Shown in pieces: positions 59,340-64,000 of a DNA stretch of 64,000 bases. Where the stretch lies: positions 15,254,001 through 15,318,000 of the forward strand of contig NC_087251.1 of assembly GCF_037042905.1 (NCBI RefSeq). Direction: 5' to 3'. The notes under the pieces are model-generated. The model searched no databases, was not told the origin of the DNA, and saw only the letters and a list, made by a program, of their open reading frames with translations. Source of the DNA: Lytechinus pictus. Its lineage: Eukaryota. Both the position numbers and the translations under genes were made by a program. The first letter of the stretch is position 1. The number at the start of each line of letters is the position of its first letter.

Positions 59340-62300
59340 GGGCGGTATTCTGAAAATCGTGTTAACTTTGGTGTTAAATATCGTGTTATCTCTCTGATTT
59401 AACACGCCCCTAACATACCCCCAAATCGGTATTCTGAAAACCGTGTTATCTGCGTGTTATCTCGTTTCGTGTTATCTTCGGCTCCTCCCACTCTGCATCT
59501 ATTTAATCCAATCAAATGCGCTGTTACAGAAACAAATCGCGCAAAATTTTCAGGGAAAAGGGGAGCGCGCGCTCGGTGACACGAAGCTTGCATTGTGACA
59601 TCATTTTTGAAAGCGCATACAGCTAAATAAAAGTTAGAGCAATAAAAATACGCAGGGAGGGGTGATTGTGACAATTAAGAATTTTATTTTATTTATTTTT
59701 ATTTTATTAAAACATCTTTCAACAGGATTAAACATTAATCAGCTCGCAGGCTGTTTCACATAATGGTCCTGCATAAAGAAAATATACACATATTAAAATG
59801 AAAGATTACAAATAATTAGGAATACATGTAATTATAAACAGCAAAGATTAAAATACAAATAATGCTAAAAATGAAACTTCAGAAAAAAAAAACAATTAGC
59901 AAGATTTATCTCATAGTAAGATAAAGAAGTGAAGAAAAAGGAAAGAGGTACATTTTATATATCGATATTGACAGGAATGGGTCTCAATTTAAAGAATCGT
60001 AACAATATTAATACTCATAGGAAATCATAATAATCGATAATAAGTAGATGTGTATTATTTGGCAATCATGCTAATAGTATCAATACTACAGATATATATG
60101 GACCAATGTAGAACAGTTGAATAATTCTTATATATTTGAGCGAAGTTTCTTGTAATGATGTTTGAAACTTTCAACAGAAATGGCATTCTGGATGTCTTCC
60201 GGGAGTTTGTTCCAAGTTACTGCTCCGGCATATTTGAAGGATTGTTTAAATAAGGATATGTTAGGTTTGGGTAATACTACATTTAGTGAATTTGCATTCC
60301 TAGTGTTCATGCCATGGCGATCGAAATACATTTCAATTTCATTTGATAAGCGGGGAGGGGCAACGCCCCTTATACACTTGTACATGAGAATTGCCAGAAA
60401 ATAATCTCGACGTTGGTCAATAGTTTGCCAGGAGAGTTGATTTATCAATGCATTCCCGCTCGCAATTTGATAGTCAGAAATTCCAGATACATATCTGGCA
60501 GCTCTTTTTTGCAATCTGTTTAGGGGCAGTTTGTAGGCTGCTGGACAGTTGCCCCAAACAGAGATTGCATAGTTTATACAGGGCTGAATTATGCATTTAT
60601 ACATGATATTTAGTACATGTGAACTCAGGAATTACTCAACTTGCCTAAAGAGTAGATCTTATAGGCAATCGATTTACATAATTCTCTTAAATATACATTC
60701 CATTTCAGGTTTTCATCTATCACAATGCCTAAATATCTTATAGACTTTACCTGTTCAATCAGATCATTATTAATGAATATATTCAATGTATCAGATGATC
60801 TTAATTTAATTAGTATTGTTTTGGTTTTGCTTGTATTAATGCGTAATCGGTTTCGGTTATACCAGTCATTTAAGGCGTCTACATTTTTCTGTAATTTCTT
60901 TGTTACATCTTCCAACTTACTGTCAGAGGAAAATACTACTACATCATCAGCAAATATGCTGCAAGTACCTTCAGTAATACATTCAGATATATCATTAATA
61001 AAAATTAAGAACAGGATGGGGGCCAGAACACTGCCCTGCGGTACTCCAATTGAAAGCTTTTTAATATTAGATAATTTACCTTTGGAAAATACAGCTTGCT
61101 GTCTATCATTTAAGTAGTTTTTGAACCAAGTGAGCATATTATTGATAATTCCATATTTTTCGAGTTTGAATAGAAGAAGTCCATGATCTACACAATCAAA
61201 ACATTTTGAGATGTCTAGAAAGCATGCAGCAACCATTTCTTTCATATTTAATGCATCATAGAAATCATCTAAGACACGATGGATTATTTCAGACAGCATG
61301 GATACAAAATTATGACAGGAGACAGAGGCCTCGATCGATTGTGGAGCAGGCAGGGGACGATCGCCCCTAAAATATGGGGGCAAGCATAATTCATACATGC
61401 CCCCAATTTTTTTAAGAACTTGAAAAAATAAAAATGCAATGTAAATTTTGAAAAGCATGAAAAGCACTTTAAGAAAAATTAAACCTGACATAGAAATATC
61501 AAACATACAAAATTGTATTGTTTTTCTTTATTAAAATTTGATGCGTATAGCGATCAGCCCCCCCCCCCCCAAAAAAAAAACTTTTGCCCCCCTCCCCTAT
61601 CCGAAGCATATATATTGACTGGCGGAATAGATGAATTAAGGATAACCTAGAAGCATTGAGAGTAAAAAAAGGTGTTACATTGGAACTATATAACCATTGA
61701 AAGGGGGGGGGGGGGAATTGTGAATATTATAGAAGAGTTCCCCCATCGCCAATTCTATTCCTTTTAATTTCTGTTTGTGACTTTTTTAAAGACGTTTTAA
61801 ATTTTCTTCCTCTCATTCTGTCTTTTTTATATTATGGCAAAAAGTAACTAAATGAATAACTCATGAGCATTTATGATAGTGATTTTAATTAATACAAATT
61901 AAAGATGCATTTGAAGTGTATTTTCACAGAAATTGTTGTTTAATCATTGTTAGTAGAGAGAAAGGTAGATGGAAAATAAAGCTGTTAAAATGAAAGAAAA
62001 TTACTGGTAAATTCTGCCAGACGATAGTTATATGCCCGTTTATGTTCTTTTTGACGTTTGCGTTTGCTAAAAAAAGTGCAGCCATCATCATCCCCAACTT
62101 AACCTCTCTTTAACGCAGTGTTAAATGTTCGTGTTATCTTTGAACAAAATTTTAGCTAACACCATTTTCAGAATACCAAATTTCGTGTTATCTTCTTCCC
62201 TAACACCGCGTACGGGGGTTGCGCGTTGCGCTCTGCGTATTTCATGACCTGCGCGGTGTTACCACTTGGGCCACGTGTTTTTCATGCTAACACGATTTTC

Positions 62301-62362
62301 AGAATACCAATCGTGTTAGCTAACACCGTTTTTGTGCTAACACGGTTTTCAGAATACCGCCC
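59340..62362. mobile_element. PIF/Harbinger-like non-autonomous element (CTG TSD) carrying a LINE insertion
   Basis: CTG|GGGCGGTATTCTGAAAA … TTTTCAGAATACCGCCC|CTG; repeated CGTGTTA subterminal motifs. Confidence 0.8.
59681..61295 (-). mobile_element. 5'-truncated LINE (CR1/L2/Crack-type RT), frameshifted
   Basis: FLDISKCFDCVDH, GVPQGSVLAPILFLIFINDI, FADD, YLG motifs; the two ORFs are out of frame at ~60605-60625; 3' UTR with (AAAT)n-like tail. Confidence 0.9.
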
Positions 62363-63689
62363 CTGAAGTTTACAAAAATGCATTGCTGCCGGGTTCTATC
62401 CATGGTCTTCCCTCCGAAATGACGTAATATATGACGTCACTACAAAATGGCCCTATTTCACCATTTTTTAGACATTCTACACATAGCATGAAGTCAAGGG
62501 GAAATATCTCAGCCAAATCATGCTTGTTTTGTATGAAACTTTCAAAATATATTGTTCAAATAGTGCACAGGAAATATGCAAAATTTCACGCACAGAAATT
62601 ATTGTTTACATATGCAAATTACGTAATGAAATTCGCATATCATTAGTTTGAGAGATTTCTTGCACAATAATTGTCGAAAATCGAATCAGAAATTTATTTT
62701 CTTTTTTAATGTACTTTATTTGATATATTTCCTCTCAAACATAATATCATTCTCTTCATCTTTATCTCTACTTTTAGAAAATATATGCCAGTAATTGGAA
62801 ATGACATTATAGACTGTAATTTCAGCCCCCTTTTCAATATGATGCGCACATAGAAATCGTGCGTTTTTGGCCTATTTTCACCATATAGCTGAGGTGTGCG
62901 AACGATATGCGTACTTTATTGATGTTTCCTGCATTTTGCATAATATTTAATCTTCCAAACAACATATTTTCATCTCCACTATATCTCTGCTGATTAATAA
63001 ATGATTTCAGCAAAGATTGATTGCCCACTGGGCAGTCTATAGGCTTCGTTTTCAGCCCAGTTTTCAACAATGAACCTATACCATGTATGACTGCATTATT
63101 GTAGTCGAGTCGGAAATGGGAGTTCCTTTGCACCATCATAATATATTTTTTACTCAACGTTTTTGTATTTAGTTAATGAATCTTGATCTTCCCTTTGCAA
63201 AATCGTGTCCAACGGGGTTCAATATTGATATCTTTGGCGGCCCTCTTGGTTTTTTTTTAATGAAAAGTAATTATTTTCATATTTTTTGCACAGAGTGTGA
63301 CAATGGGACAATCTTAAATGAATACGTATTTCACTATGATTCGGATAGTAGAAATCGATTGAATTCGTTTTCTGGACAGCTAATATATTTTGAAATAAAA
63401 TTCATCCCGAAATTGCCATGATTTTGGTCAAAAATTTGCATGTGCATTGATATCTATCTGTTCAATCATTAACATCAACAACTATTGCACAATATCAGCA
63501 TTCGACACGAAAGAGGACATAATATACCGATAATACTGAAACGCTTCATTACAGTATGTATGTCTAAATTTGCTTAGTTAAAGGGCAAATACCATATATT
63601 ACTCGATATTGCGATAAAATGACACCAAAAAGCAACCTCTGTGACAGTATAATTTTTGTCTATCAGCTACATTATAAAGAAATGAGGGC

Positions 63690-64000
63690 GCAGCAAAGCC
63701 TACCCCCCCCCCTTATGGGACCGCCGGAGTCCCCCATCCTTTTTTCGTATTTTGCCCATTTCTTGGAAAATTCTACATTTTTGGAGCCTCATTAAAGGGA
63801 AAAGATGTTTCTGCTTTGCAGTAAAGGCACTTTTACTGTTGTTTAACCACTTAGGGATAAAAGAGTAGAGTTTTCTCTATCTGCTACATATAAAGAAGTG
63901 CTGGTACAGCAAAGCCTATCCCCTCTGGGGACTGCCAAAGTTACCCACCCTTTTTATGTATTTTATCCATTTACGGGAAAATATGCTAATCTGGAGCCCC
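63690..64000. repeat. Diverged tandem repeat, unit about 217 bp (truncated by window end)
   Basis: CAGCAAAGCCTA…GGAGCC recurs at ~63691 and ~63907. Confidence 0.6.

Noticed and set aside
61296..61506. N-terminal part of the 293-aa minus-strand ORF
   Set aside because: It reads through from unrelated repeat sequence; RT similarity starts only near 61290.

Overview
AT-rich, intron-dense animal genomic DNA. The repeat content suggests a marine invertebrate, possibly an echinoderm; this is an inference. The whole window lies inside one plus-strand ryanodine receptor (RyR) gene whose start and end fall outside it. I traced 48 exon positions from 270 to 54588, all with GT-AG boundaries and consistent phases. 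They cover the junctional/bridging solenoid, RyR repeats 3-4 (phosphorylation domain) and the calmodulin-binding helix. The main finding is a candidate alternative-splicing programme: a tandem-duplicated, frame-incompatible exon pair (11026-11161 / 13314-13497), a duplicated half-exon (29941-29994), five frame-preserving 21-27 nt microexon candidates, and a possible 187-aa insert before the CaM-binding site. The introns also hold a Penelope-like element with inverted pseudo-LTRs and a variant hammerhead ribozyme, a 1.6-kb palindromic TTAA element, several MITE families, Helentron-type elements, SINEs and a nested transposon stack containing a LINE. All alternative exons are predictions from sequence alone and need RNA evidence.
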